Shown: piece after piece, positions 24,822 to 34,638 of the stretch
Position numbering within the stretch: the first letter of the stretch is position 1
Layout: each line of letters opens with the position of its first letter
Source of the DNA: a virus
Taxonomy: Duplodnaviria > Caudoviricetes
Reading direction: 5' to 3' (one strand)
DNA length: 61,056 nt
Virus record (IMG/VR): IMGVR_UViG_3300043256_000368
Location: 1-61,056 of that record
Translations under genes and position numbers: made by a program
The notes under the pieces: generated by a model
What the model saw: only the letters and a program-made list of their open reading frames with translations
What the model was told of the DNA's origin: nothing
The model's database searches: none

Positions 24822-24898
24822 CCCGGCTTCGGCGGTTGCACTGTATTCGTTTCTGCAATTGATAAACTGAGAGAGCACCCGTGGAAGTCGTTCCCCCA

Positions 24899-25834
24899 AT
24901 GAAACTAAAGGCGATCGTGCCCTACTTTGGGGGCAAGAGAAAGCTCGCAGAGAAGATCGTGGCGGAATTAGGTCCGCACAATTCTTACTTTGAACCCTTC
25001 TGTGGGTCGCTCGCCGTTCTCCTGGATAAGCCTGTGGTACCGATTGAAACCGTCAACGACTGTCACGGTGATCTGATCAATCTAGCAATGGTGTTAGCTT
25101 CCGACCATTGGGAGGATCTTTATCAGGCCGTCGACCGAACATTGATTTCGGAGGAGTTGACTCGTTCGACTCAGAGAGAATGCTCCGTTGACTTTACACC
25201 TGCCGAGAGCCCCAGCGCGGTGACAGAAATCCATTGGAAGCGGGCGGCGCTCTACATGGCCCTATCATGGCTTTCCCGTAACGGTGCAGCCGGGACGGCT
25301 CGCATCAACTATCAAATCGCCGTTCGTTGGACTCAGGGCGGCGGCAGCCCGGGAATTCGCTGGAGATCCGCCGTCGACAGTGTCCCGGCGTGGCACGACC
25401 GACTCAAGGGCGTCGTGATCATGCGACGTGATGCCTTCACAATTCTGGAAAGGATCGCTGACGAAGAGGGGGTGGCTATTTACGTCGACCCGCCCTACTT
25501 CACATCGACTCGCGGAACGGGTGGGGGTAGCAAATATCTCTACGATTTCGGGCAGAATGACAATCCTCTTCCCGGGGGAACCGACGATCACGATCGTCTT
25601 GCGAACATCCTAGTCAATCGCTTTAAGGGGGCTGGGGCTAGGGTCGTCGTTTCGTATTACGCACACCCTCGGCTTAAAGCGCTCTACGTCGACAGAGGTT
25701 GGACCTTACGGTCGGTGGAAACCAACAAGAATTTGGCGGCGCAAAACAAGCGAGGTCGCCCGGCGCAGACCAAGGCGCCCGAGGTGCTACTGATGAACGG
25801 ACCGAGTGTCTGCGCAGATGGGAGCTTGTTCTGA
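24899..25834 (+). CDS. DNA adenine methyltransferase (Dam/D12-like)
   Basis: PYFGGK, YFEPFCGS, VND, YVDPPY, EVLLMN. Confidence 0.92.
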   Translation: MKLKAIVPYFGGKRKLAEKIVAELGPHNSYFEPFCGSLAVLLDKPVVPIETVNDCHGDLINLAMVLASDHWEDLYQAVDRTLISEELTRSTQRECSVDFTPAESPSAVTEIHWKRAALYMALSWLSRNGAAGTARINYQIAVRWTQGGGSPGIRWRSAVDSVPAWHDRLKGVVIMRRDAFTILERIADEEGVAIYVDPPYFTSTRGTGGGSKYLYDFGQNDNPLPGGTDDHDRLANILVNRFKGAGARVVVSYYAHPRLKALYVDRGWTLRSVETNKNLAAQNKRGRPAQTKAPEVLLMNGPSVCADGSLF

Positions 25835-26157
25835 TGTTGGACGATGATGCACTCCGGGATGTGTTCTCACGCGCCGTGAAAGAGCTTGGACCGCCGACGT
25901 TTGAGGGCGTGGTCCTCCAGGAACGACTTGCAATCCAAGAACGTCATGGAAAGAATTGGGGGTACCCCGATTTCTTTTACAAATGTAGGACGAACGGAAC
26001 GGGCGTCAAATATATTGCTGTATGTTGGGTCCCGGCGATCAGGGTGTGGTTTGAGCGTCCGCGGTTTCCGCGCGGTTTGTACTGGTTAAGGAAGCACGCG
26101 TTTACCTTTCTTAGTGATTTTGTCGAGGCGGAAGGGTTGAGGATCGTGTCATGCTAA
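25834..26157 (+). CDS. Hypothetical protein (paralog of the next gene)
   Basis: Aligns end to end with 26151-26501. Confidence 0.7.
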   Translation: MLDDDALRDVFSRAVKELGPPTFEGVVLQERLAIQERHGKNWGYPDFFYKCRTNGTGVKYIAVCWVPAIRVWFERPRFPRGLYWLRKHAFTFLSDFVEAEGLRIVSC

Positions 26158-26501
26158 CCGATGTTGACCTCCGGGATATATTCGCGCGCGCCGCGAAGGC
26201 GCTTGGGGTTGCGATGGTGGACGGATTCGAAGTCGACGAATCCTTCAAATTTCTAGCCGGGCATGACAAGGACAAGGGGCCTGCCGTCGTCATCTATACC
26301 TGTGCGACCAACGGGGTGGGAGCAGAACGTTTTGGACAGACTGAGATGTCGCTATTACGGGGGCACTTCGATGGTTCCGACGTTGGGAGTTTTTTGTACG
26401 AACTCCGTCGCGGTGCCGCCTTTATTCTCAATGGGTTCGTCGAAGGGCGAGGGCTCAAGATTGTTGCTCCCCCGGTAAGCAAGAGAAGGCCGGGCGGCTA
26501 A
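26151..26501 (+). CDS. Hypothetical protein (paralog of the previous gene)
   Basis: Shared LRDxFxRAxKxLG, YxCxTNGxG and LYxLR..FVExxGLxIV. Confidence 0.7.
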   Translation: MLTDVDLRDIFARAAKALGVAMVDGFEVDESFKFLAGHDKDKGPAVVIYTCATNGVGAERFGQTEMSLLRGHFDGSDVGSFLYELRRGAAFILNGFVEGRGLKIVAPPVSKRRPGG

Positions 26502-26702
26502 AAACAACAGGGGATCGCAATGAGGTGGTTGAGAAAAATATGGTTTAAGTTCTATATCTGCCCTTGTGGTAATTGGAGTCTGCCTGGGGTGGGCTATGAG
26601 ACTCAGGAAGGCATCCAGTGCGGTCGGTGCTTCCACCTACTCGTTACCTGGGAGGTCTACGATCGTCTAGTGGGTTGAGGATCTCCCTAGGGGTCACAGG
26701 AT

Positions 26703-27029
26703 ATGTGCACGGACGCACCAAGAGATCGTACAGGTGAGGATCAGGCCATGGAGTTGTTGTGCCTATTGGGTCGTGAACCGCACTTTACTCCGATGACTAC
26801 TTTGGCGCGGGACTTGGATCTGCCCGTAAAGAGAGGACGCTATCACGGGGGGACGACCGTTGGCGATCTGGTTATTGAACTGAACCGGCGCGGGTTCGCG
26901 GTGGTCACCAAAAATGGTCACGGCGATGTCGGGATGGTAGCCTCCGTCACAAAGGAAGCGTGGGTCCGCGCTAAAATTGGAGCGTCAAACTATTGGGCGG
27001 CTGTGCATGGTAGCGATAACCAGGAGTAG
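26703..27029 (+). CDS. Hypothetical protein, possible HTH
   Basis: MTTLARDLDL...LVIELNRRGF. Confidence 0.5.
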   Translation: MCTDAPRDRTGEDQAMELLCLLGREPHFTPMTTLARDLDLPVKRGRYHGGTTVGDLVIELNRRGFAVVTKNGHGDVGMVASVTKEAWVRAKIGASNYWAAVHGSDNQE

Positions 27030-27032
27030 CTA

Positions 27033-27572
27033 ATGAACAATTGGACGATCGAGATGACAAGCAAGGCAATCGAGCTAGAGCCCCCGTTGGTTGGTCCTGC
27101 CTATGCGGTTGCGAACCAGATTGTTGACGGTCCGGCGCTCTACCATCAATTGACACCGGGGTACCTGGTAACGTTGGTCTCTGCGGCCGGCGCCAGAATA
27201 CGCATCTCGGGGGACGTGGAGATTCAGCGAGCGTTCAGAGCAGTAGCTTCTAGGGATCAGGATCTCTTAGATCAAGTAATCGCATCGGGGACGCCCTTAT
27301 CGGAGAACGAGCCGGATAAAAAACCGACAATTGTGGGAGAACTAAATCGGTTGGAGTTTCACGAGTGTGTTGTGAGTGGTATCGATTATCGCACGCCGGG
27401 AGGTAGCCGGTTCGACGGTGGCGACTTCGCTATAACGTTGAACGTTGCGCTTGATCCGGGATGGAGTCAAGCCGATATCGATCGAATCGCCCACGTCATC
27501 CTTGGACATCGGGTGAAAATGACGTTGGACGTTATCGTGGAGACAGACGGTGGCGCGCGGTCGCAAGCCTAA
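27033..27572 (+). CDS. Hypothetical protein
   Basis: AGGAG SD; 179 aa. Confidence 0.6.
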   Translation: MNNWTIEMTSKAIELEPPLVGPAYAVANQIVDGPALYHQLTPGYLVTLVSAAGARIRISGDVEIQRAFRAVASRDQDLLDQVIASGTPLSENEPDKKPTIVGELNRLEFHECVVSGIDYRTPGGSRFDGGDFAITLNVALDPGWSQADIDRIAHVILGHRVKMTLDVIVETDGGARSQA

Positions 27573-28050
27573 AACGGTTACGGGGCTGCAACTTGCCGGA
27601 AGCCGACGCGTTCCAAAGACGACTGCTACTCGGCCCGCCGACAGAAGGACTTCACCACCGGCCCGGGAACCGGAATGGCTGGATGCAACGGGCAAGAAGA
27701 AATGGAGAGAACTGCACAGGTTGCTGAGCTTGCACGGGGTCATCGACACGACCGATGCAGGCGTGTTGGCGCGATATTGTGACACGTATGCCCGATGGCG
27801 AGCCGCGCGACACCACACGCACGTTTACGGAGAATGCTACTCCGTCACCGATAAGAATGGGAACGTCCGGTGGATCCGGTACCACGAATCTCGCGTCTCG
27901 TCGGAGTTGCTGAGGGCGTTGTCGGATATGGAACAACAGATGGGTCTCACGCCGATGTCCCGACCACGGATTCAAACGAACCCGGGTGAGTCGCCGGCGG
28001 AAGAGGGCGACGGCAAAGGGAGGCCGACGGGGTTGGAGAAGTATTCCTGA
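27550..28050 (+). CDS. terS: Terminase small subunit, P27 family
   Basis: MARGRKPK...PEWL...KKW...D...LARYC...MGLTPMSR. Confidence 0.9.
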   Translation: MARGRKPKTVTGLQLAGSRRVPKTTATRPADRRTSPPAREPEWLDATGKKKWRELHRLLSLHGVIDTTDAGVLARYCDTYARWRAARHHTHVYGECYSVTDKNGNVRWIRYHESRVSSELLRALSDMEQQMGLTPMSRPRIQTNPGESPAEEGDGKGRPTGLEKYS

Positions 28051-28052
28051 CA

Positions 28053-28277
28053 ATGGGTAGGCTGCAAGACGTTCCGAAACAGACACCATCACCGAAGCCT
28101 GTCGCTTGCCCAAGGTGTAGACGGCGAGATGTGCCGATCGTGTGGGGCGTCAACCCTTACGTGCGTGTCGTGATGGGCCATATTACCTGGGACTGGCGGT
28201 GCAAGCCGTGCCGGGACAAAGCGGAAGATGAACTGGTCACAAGACCGGTGAAGTCTAACAACGAAAGAACAACGTGA
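28053..28277 (+). CDS. Small zinc-finger protein
   Basis: CPRC...CKPC. Confidence 0.5.
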   Translation: MGRLQDVPKQTPSPKPVACPRCRRRDVPIVWGVNPYVRVVMGHITWDWRCKPCRDKAEDELVTRPVKSNNERTT

Positions 28278-28462
28278 GGTCTCGGGAGAAACGTGTCTGG
28301 TGAAACGTGGCGCAAGTAGGCGCGGCGGTCGATGCCTACGCGAAGAAATCAATGAGCGGTCGAACTTGGGAAATCTGCGTGGTTGGATGACCGCACAGGC
28401 AGCGCAGCCCAAGAGAACCCATTTCGATCCGGTCGGTTCGATTCCGACCTCCTGAGACCCCT

Positions 28463-28741
28463 ATGAAAGTCGAGTTACTCAGAACCGATTGGAACATGAA
28501 CCAACTCATCATTAAGGTTCTTGCAAGGATGCGCGTCCTAGACCCGGCGTTGCGTTACCCAAGCATAATGTTCATCGATTTGGTAATCAGCCACAATCTT
28601 CGGTGTGTCGACCTCGAGCTGCTTCTCGCTTCCGCAGACGCGAACTTCTGGGAGGATGTGGTGTTCATCGCTCAGAATTTGGACCGAAGGACCGGAACTC
28701 TAGGAGCCTGTCCACACTCGTGCCCCCGCGGTGCGCCATGA
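28463..28741 (+). CDS. Hypothetical phage protein
   Basis: DLELLLASADANFWEDV...LDRRTG.L..C pattern. Confidence 0.6.
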   Translation: MKVELLRTDWNMNQLIIKVLARMRVLDPALRYPSIMFIDLVISHNLRCVDLELLLASADANFWEDVVFIAQNLDRRTGTLGACPHSCPRGAP

Positions 28742-29001
28742 GGAGTGGCTACGAGCGCGCGGCGATTCTTCACTTGCGCACATCCGGTCCCTGTAGCATC
28801 CACACCCTCGCGCGACTTGCACAGATCGATTGTGAGCAGATGTACCGAGCGGTGTACCGTCTGCGTGCGAAGAACATCGCCTCCCGACTCGGCTCATCGA
28901 CCTATGATTTGACTCGAAGGGGGGAGCGGGTGTTCCGGGAAATGTTCGTGGAGCCGGCGGCCCTACCTCTTTGGCAAGGTGCATCTACGGGGGCGCCGTG
29001 A
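28738..29001 (+). CDS. Winged-helix DNA-binding protein
   Basis: ILHLRTSGPCSIHTLAR...MYRAVYRL...YDLTRRG. Confidence 0.7.
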   Translation: MRSGYERAAILHLRTSGPCSIHTLARLAQIDCEQMYRAVYRLRAKNIASRLGSSTYDLTRRGERVFREMFVEPAALPLWQGASTGAP

Positions 29002-29216
29002 TGGACGAAGAAGCATTCCAGATTGCCGAGAGAGTTCTAGTGGCAGCGGACGGAGGCGACTCTCCCCACTGGTACTCAGGTACCATTCGTAAGGTTATCC
29101 AGTGCGAATCGGGCCTGAAAGCTTACGAGATTGTGGTCCACCGGAACAATGAAAGGGTTCGCGTTGGTTATCCCAGTATCCGTCGCTACAATCGGGACCA
29201 CTGTTCGGACTTGTAA
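29001..29216 (+). CDS. Small beta-barrel-like hypothetical protein
   Basis: FQIAERVLV...WYSGTI...YEIV. Confidence 0.5.
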   Translation: MDEEAFQIAERVLVAADGGDSPHWYSGTIRKVIQCESGLKAYEIVVHRNNERVRVGYPSIRRYNRDHCSDL

Positions 29217-29337
29217 GCGGGCCAATATGCTTTTTAGTTATTAGCATAACTTCCCGGTACCGCTCGATCCGACCTTGGACCTTGGACCTTCCGACCTGCG
29301 ACCTCTGGACCCCGGCTGTATACAAATCCTGTGAGGT

Positions 29338-31083
29338 GTGCATCCTGGACCGTCGATGGTAGCCGCGAAAAGTCCGCGAAAACGTCGCACACCGGTCAAG
29401 AAGCCCCGTACTCCATCCAAACCAAGTCGTCTCGCCAAGGCGAAACTAGCATTCGTAGAGCAAGGCGCCGACTGGAAAACCTGGGTTCGCAACGGAAACG
29501 ATGAGCGGGCAGCGTTCGAGGGGTGTGTGCCCGACGTTCTCGAAGCAGATAAGAAAGTAGCCTTTTTCGAGGAAGTCCTTGTCCTGACCAAGGACGGTCC
29601 GGTTCGGCCTTTCAAACTCGCCCCGTTTCAGGAACACGCCATCATCCGCCCACTGTTTGGCTGGAAGCGAGCCGACGGCCGGCGACGTTTCACCCACGCC
29701 TCCATCTGGATGCCACAAGGCAACGGGAAAACGACGTTAGCCGCAGGCATCACCGCGGTGCTCCTGTTGGCCGACGGTCAACGACGGGCCAAAATCTATT
29801 CCGCCGCCAACGACCGGGACCAGGCCGCATACATTTTCGATGAGTTGGCGATGATGGCGACCTGCTCCCCGATTCTGAAAAACCGTCTGAGTATCTGGAA
29901 GTCCACCAAAACCATCGTCTACAACGAAGTCTTGAACAGGTACAAGGCGATTTCCGCTGACGCCGCCTCCGCGGAGGGCAAGGCGCCGCACGGTCTAGTG
30001 ATCGATGAGATTCACGCATTCAACGACGCGGGCCGACGTCTCTTCGAAGCCCTCAAGTTCACGATGACGAAGTGCTTCAACAGCTTATGGGTGACGATCT
30101 CCACCGCCGGCAGAGCAATGGAGGGGATCGGGTGGGAGGAATATCAAAAGGCCCGCTCCGTTTGGGCCGGCCAGAACGAAGAGTCTTGGTGGAAATTCGT
30201 CTTTATCGCGGAAGCCGCAGTCGAGGATGATTGGACGGATCCGAAGGTTTGGAAGTCATCGAACCCGGCCATGGGGGTCACAATCACCATGGATCGTATG
30301 AAAGAGGACTTCCTGGAGGCATCACAATCGCCTCACGATGAGCTTATCTTTCGGCAGCGAAGGCTAAATCAGTGGACCAGCATCTCGGAGGATTTCATTC
30401 CGGCGAAGGCCTGGGACAAGTGCGGACGTGATCTGACGTTGGACGATTTGAAGGGAAAACGTTGCTGGGCCGGGTTGGATCTGTCGAGCGTATCCGACAC
30501 CAGTTGCCTATGCCTGGTGTTCAAACTGGAGGCGGACCTTCCTTTTGTGTGGCCGTTCTTCTGGATCCCCAGGTACGACAAGGTGAATCGTCCGCGCTCG
30601 GATATTGCTGAATTCATCGCGTGGGGGCACGCGGGTCATATCGAAGTGGTCGAGTCAAATGTGATCGACTATGCCGCCATCCGGGCCAAGATCAACGTCC
30701 TGAGAACGGAGTTCGGAGTCGAGGGGGTGGCTGCGGATCCGATGTTCGCCGGCCAGCTTCTACAGGAGCTCGAGGACGACGACCGAATACCGTCCTATGA
30801 GCACAAACAGAATTTCACTCAGATGACGGAACCGTGCCTGGATTACCAGCGCCGGTGCGTTTCGCAGAGATTGGCCCATGGCCGACATCCGGTACTTGAT
30901 AACCAAATGAGTCATGTCACACTGAAGAACGGGCAGGGAGACACGGTGATGCCGAAACGCGACAAAAGCCGCTGGCGAATCGACGGGCCTGTGGCGGCCA
31001 TCATGGCTCTGAATATGTTTATCAAGTTCAAGGACAAGCCTAAACCCCGCGGCGGGATGACTCGAGGCGTCGTATGGGTCTAA
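29338..31083 (+). CDS. terL: Terminase large subunit
   Basis: LAPFQ, PQGNGKT, VIDEIH, ISTAG, GLDLSSVSD, RIDGPVAAIMA. Confidence 0.95.
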   Translation: MHPGPSMVAAKSPRKRRTPVKKPRTPSKPSRLAKAKLAFVEQGADWKTWVRNGNDERAAFEGCVPDVLEADKKVAFFEEVLVLTKDGPVRPFKLAPFQEHAIIRPLFGWKRADGRRRFTHASIWMPQGNGKTTLAAGITAVLLLADGQRRAKIYSAANDRDQAAYIFDELAMMATCSPILKNRLSIWKSTKTIVYNEVLNRYKAISADAASAEGKAPHGLVIDEIHAFNDAGRRLFEALKFTMTKCFNSLWVTISTAGRAMEGIGWEEYQKARSVWAGQNEESWWKFVFIAEAAVEDDWTDPKVWKSSNPAMGVTITMDRMKEDFLEASQSPHDELIFRQRRLNQWTSISEDFIPAKAWDKCGRDLTLDDLKGKRCWAGLDLSSVSDTSCLCLVFKLEADLPFVWPFFWIPRYDKVNRPRSDIAEFIAWGHAGHIEVVESNVIDYAAIRAKINVLRTEFGVEGVAADPMFAGQLLQELEDDDRIPSYEHKQNFTQMTEPCLDYQRRCVSQRLAHGRHPVLDNQMSHVTLKNGQGDTVMPKRDKSRWRIDGPVAAIMALNMFIKFKDKPKPRGGMTRGVVWV

Positions 31084-31262
31084 TTATCTCAGCCATCCGG
31101 AACCTGGCTTTTCTGGGGGGCTTGGGTCTACTGTATTGGGGCCTTTCCGGCATCGATCCTCGTTGGGCAAAGGTCGCCGTTGGAATCATCCTGCTCGTTC
31201 TGGGTGTCCTGTCGTCACGAGGACGCGCTCAGAAGCCCGTCGACCCGAGGAGTCATTTGTGA
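31074..31262 (+). CDS. Small two-TM membrane protein
   Basis: Two hydrophobic helices; lies between terL and portal. Confidence 0.65.
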   Translation: MGLIISAIRNLAFLGGLGLLYWGLSGIDPRWAKVAVGIILLVLGVLSSRGRAQKPVDPRSHL

Positions 31263-31269
31263 GACTGCG

Positions 31270-33396
31270 ATGATTATCGAAGCCTTGGTCAGCGCGCGCT
31301 CAGCCGTTCCACGGGGTCGGCTCCGTAGCCCCGGCAGCACGTACTTCAATCAACTGCTGGAATTCATCGACCCGATGCAGCGCACCGTTGCCGGTGTCTC
31401 GGTTAGCGATGACCTGGCCTGGAACACATCCTGCTTCTATTGTGGTGTGAACGTAATAGCTAACGGCTTCGCCTCGGCGCCGCCGGTGCTCTATCGTAAG
31501 GAAGATAACGATGATCGGGTTCCGGCGACGGAACACCACCTATTCGACATGGTGCAATCCGCACCGAATCCCGAACAAACATCCTTTACGTGGCTGCACA
31601 CGGCGTTGGCACACGTCTTGAGTTGGGGAAACTTCTACGCGGAAATCGAACGTGATCGATCGAGGCGCACCGAGTCTCTGTGGCCGCTCAGTCCGGACAG
31701 AGTCAAACCGCGGCGTGTGCAACCCGGGGAAAAACTGCGGGTGCACGGTTGGGACAACCGACGGATGACCGCGGAGACGGGTCGGATCGTTTATGAAGTA
31801 AAGACCGATGATCACCGGCGCCCGATTTTCCTGGATCGTGACAAGATGTTCCATGTGCCTGGGTTGGGCTTTGACGGGATCCAAGGATTCTCCGTCCTGC
31901 AACGGGCGCGTGAAAGTCTTGGTCTTGACATAGCGGCACAGAAATTCCAGAGCGCGTTCTTCGGTAACCATGCCGTGCCGGCTGGCTTCCTTAATGTGCC
32001 CGAAGGAACGGATGTCACGGCGGAAGATAAACTGATCGCGTCTCTTGAGGAGCACCATGCGGCCGCCGAGCAATCTCATCGGCTTGGGATTCTACCGGCG
32101 GGCGTCACCTTTCAGAAACTCACGATCGATCCTGTTGACGCACTGCTCATGGACGTGCGGAGGTTCACTACCGAAGAGTGGGCCCGTTGGTTGAACATCC
32201 CGATCCACTTTCTGAAAGACCTGACCAATTCAGGGACTCGTGCAAACATCACGCAAGAGACGCTCAACCTTGCGACGCATACGATTCGTCCACACCATGT
32301 CCGTTTCGAACAGGAACTCGGCCGAAAGCTGCTCACGGTGGATGAGCGCAGGAATAGGCGCTATTATTTCGAAGCGCGGACAGATTCGATCGTACGAAAC
32401 GACCTGCTGACCCGCTACAAGGCGTTCTGGCAGGCGGTCCAGGGTGGGTGGATGAGTGTCAACCAGGTGCGCAAGATGGATAATCGTAACGGGATCGGTC
32501 CGCAGGGCGACTTGTACCGATGGCCCGTCAATTCCGTCCCAGCGGACAAGGTTGCATCGGGCGAATACATGCCCGGCGGTCGCGCCCAACAGCGCGGTGG
32601 AAAGACCGACGATGGTCGGGGCGGTGGCGGAAGCGACGGAGGTAAGGGCCGGCGCGCTTCGAGCGTCTTAGGTCGTGCAACCCCTGCGGAGCCAGCGACT
32701 CAGATTGAGATCGTTGCGAAACCCGCACCCGCCGCGGTCATGTTTTCGTTGGCCAAGAGACTTCGCTTGATCAACGATCAGTTACCGGCATTTGACTACG
32801 CCTTCACCAGGGTAGTTGCGAAGGAGGTCAAGATCCTGACCGGGTTGCACCGCCGACACCAAGATCCAACCGAATTTCAGGAGAAGGTGGCTGCGTTCTA
32901 TGACGACCACCGTAAGGGCGTGGCGTTGTACGTGAAGCCGCTCTCAGCGGGCATCCTGGGTATCGTCAGGGTGGCGTTGGGATGCAAGGAAGAAATCGTC
33001 TGGTCATCCCTCGACAGCATTGCTGAGTCCATTGCTTCGATGCACTGCGATCGAATGCAAAGAGACGTGACGAACGAATGGTGGACGCCGTGGGATGGAC
33101 AACCGTTCACAATGCGTGGGGTACCCTCTGCTGAGTACGCGCTTAGCCGGTTGCACAATTGCGCGGTTGTAGAAGTCTGCAGGAGCTTGAATCTCAAGAT
33201 TGCGTGGACGTGCCTTTGCCCGCAGAATGAATTGGTGCGCGTTTGCCATGACCTCCAGGGCAAGATTGTAGTCGCCGGTGAACGCTTCACGGATGATATG
33301 GTTCCGATGTGGATGACCCACGGACTGAGGAGTCCACCGGTCGATTTGGGATGCAAGTGCCAACTCGAAGTCTTGGATTTAGGAGAAATCGTATGA
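31270..33396 (+). CDS. HK97-family portal protein fused to a MuF-like C-terminal domain
   Basis: PNPEQT, WGNFY, GFDGIQGFS, FFGNHAVP, GWMSVNQVR; C-terminal CHDLQGK...PPVDLGCKC. Confidence 0.92.
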   Translation: MIIEALVSARSAVPRGRLRSPGSTYFNQLLEFIDPMQRTVAGVSVSDDLAWNTSCFYCGVNVIANGFASAPPVLYRKEDNDDRVPATEHHLFDMVQSAPNPEQTSFTWLHTALAHVLSWGNFYAEIERDRSRRTESLWPLSPDRVKPRRVQPGEKLRVHGWDNRRMTAETGRIVYEVKTDDHRRPIFLDRDKMFHVPGLGFDGIQGFSVLQRARESLGLDIAAQKFQSAFFGNHAVPAGFLNVPEGTDVTAEDKLIASLEEHHAAAEQSHRLGILPAGVTFQKLTIDPVDALLMDVRRFTTEEWARWLNIPIHFLKDLTNSGTRANITQETLNLATHTIRPHHVRFEQELGRKLLTVDERRNRRYYFEARTDSIVRNDLLTRYKAFWQAVQGGWMSVNQVRKMDNRNGIGPQGDLYRWPVNSVPADKVASGEYMPGGRAQQRGGKTDDGRGGGGSDGGKGRRASSVLGRATPAEPATQIEIVAKPAPAAVMFSLAKRLRLINDQLPAFDYAFTRVVAKEVKILTGLHRRHQDPTEFQEKVAAFYDDHRKGVALYVKPLSAGILGIVRVALGCKEEIVWSSLDSIAESIASMHCDRMQRDVTNEWWTPWDGQPFTMRGVPSAEYALSRLHNCAVVEVCRSLNLKIAWTCLCPQNELVRVCHDLQGKIVVAGERFTDDMVPMWMTHGLRSPPVDLGCKCQLEVLDLGEIV

Positions 33397-34571
33397 CGAC
33401 CGACAACAACACCGCCAACAACACCGCAGCAAGGCCGACGCACAACGTAGATCCTCCGGTACCGGGGACTCTGGCAGGCGTCAATGATGTCGTTGAAATG
33501 CTTAATGATCGTCAGGATGACTCTGCGCCCGAGGCGGATACGACAGGACCGGACCGTTGTGTCAAGTTTCGTGCCGACCCGATCGCTGGATCATCGCTCA
33601 GCGCGTTGCGCGCGTTGGATCCGGTGTGGCAAATACAATATGCGGCTGTCCCTGATTTATGCGCAGCCTGGCACTGGATCAACGCGATGAGCCAAGGGGT
33701 TAGCGATGACACGATCAAAGAGGCGATTGCAAACAGTGCGGAGCCCGCGGTCATAGCCGCGCGCCACCGGCGGATGCGGTCGTTGGAGCGCGTTGAAGGT
33801 GCGGTAGCCGTCCTTCCTATTCGGGGCGTCATTTTCCACCGTCCCAATATGTTCACGCGATGGGGGTTTGGCGTCTCTTCCGAAGAGTTCGGGCGTGTGT
33901 TCGATGAGATGGCCGCCAACTCCGACGTGGGCGCCATCGTCCTCGACATCGATAGCCCTGGCGGGATGCACGCGGGAACGGAGGACCTGGCGAACAAAAT
34001 CTTCCTAGCTCGGAAGGCTGGCCGACCGATCATCGCCATCTCGAACGACATGATGGCGAGCGCCGCTTACTGGATAGCCAGTGCGGCGGACGAAATAGTC
34101 GCATCGCGTGGGAGCATCACGGGAAGCATCGGTACGATTTTGATCCACACCGAATACAGCAAGGCACTCTCCGATGCGGGGATCGTTGTCAACATCATTC
34201 ACGCTGGGCAGTTCAAAAAAGAGGGCAACCCCTATGAACCATTGACGGAGAGTGCACGGAAACACATGCAGTCCCTCGTGGACTCGGCGTATGCCGACCT
34301 TATCAAGAGCGTGGCCAAACATCGGGAAGTAGAATTAGAAGTCGTCACGACGAAATATGGCCAGGGGAGGGTATACGGCGAGGCACAAGCGGTTCAACGC
34401 GGGTTGGTCGACCGCGAAGCAACGCTGGATGCCGTCTTGATTCAGTTGGGCGTGAAAAGTCCAGGAAAAGGTCAATCAATCGGCGGTGGAGATCACGGAC
34501 ACGGCTACGATTCGGCCCGACGCAGGGCCGCGCTCGGACGTCCGTTGCACTCGCCGGCGAGCACGAAATAA
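33393..34571 (+). CDS. S49 (SppA/lambda gpC-like) prohead protease
   Basis: IVLDIDSPGG, MASAAYWIAS, GSIG, AGQFKKEGNP. Confidence 0.92.
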   Translation: MTTDNNTANNTAARPTHNVDPPVPGTLAGVNDVVEMLNDRQDDSAPEADTTGPDRCVKFRADPIAGSSLSALRALDPVWQIQYAAVPDLCAAWHWINAMSQGVSDDTIKEAIANSAEPAVIAARHRRMRSLERVEGAVAVLPIRGVIFHRPNMFTRWGFGVSSEEFGRVFDEMAANSDVGAIVLDIDSPGGMHAGTEDLANKIFLARKAGRPIIAISNDMMASAAYWIASAADEIVASRGSITGSIGTILIHTEYSKALSDAGIVVNIIHAGQFKKEGNPYEPLTESARKHMQSLVDSAYADLIKSVAKHREVELEVVTTKYGQGRVYGEAQAVQRGLVDREATLDAVLIQLGVKSPGKGQSIGGGDHGHGYDSARRRAALGRPLHSPASTK

Positions 34572-34638
34572 ATCCTCGGTAAAGGTGCCGGCCGCGGCGG
34601 GTGGTGATTCCCGCCCGGCCGGTTTGGGAGTTCCGAAC

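Larger units (their letters stand above)
23943..24885 (+). repeat. ~45-bp imperfect direct repeats (23943-23989, 24844-24885) flanking two genes
   Basis: TATGCGTTTTTGCAATTGCTAAAACCCTGAGAGAGAGCACCCGTGGA vs TATTCGTTTCTGCAATTGATAAACTGAGAGAGCACCCGTGGA. Confidence 0.8.
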
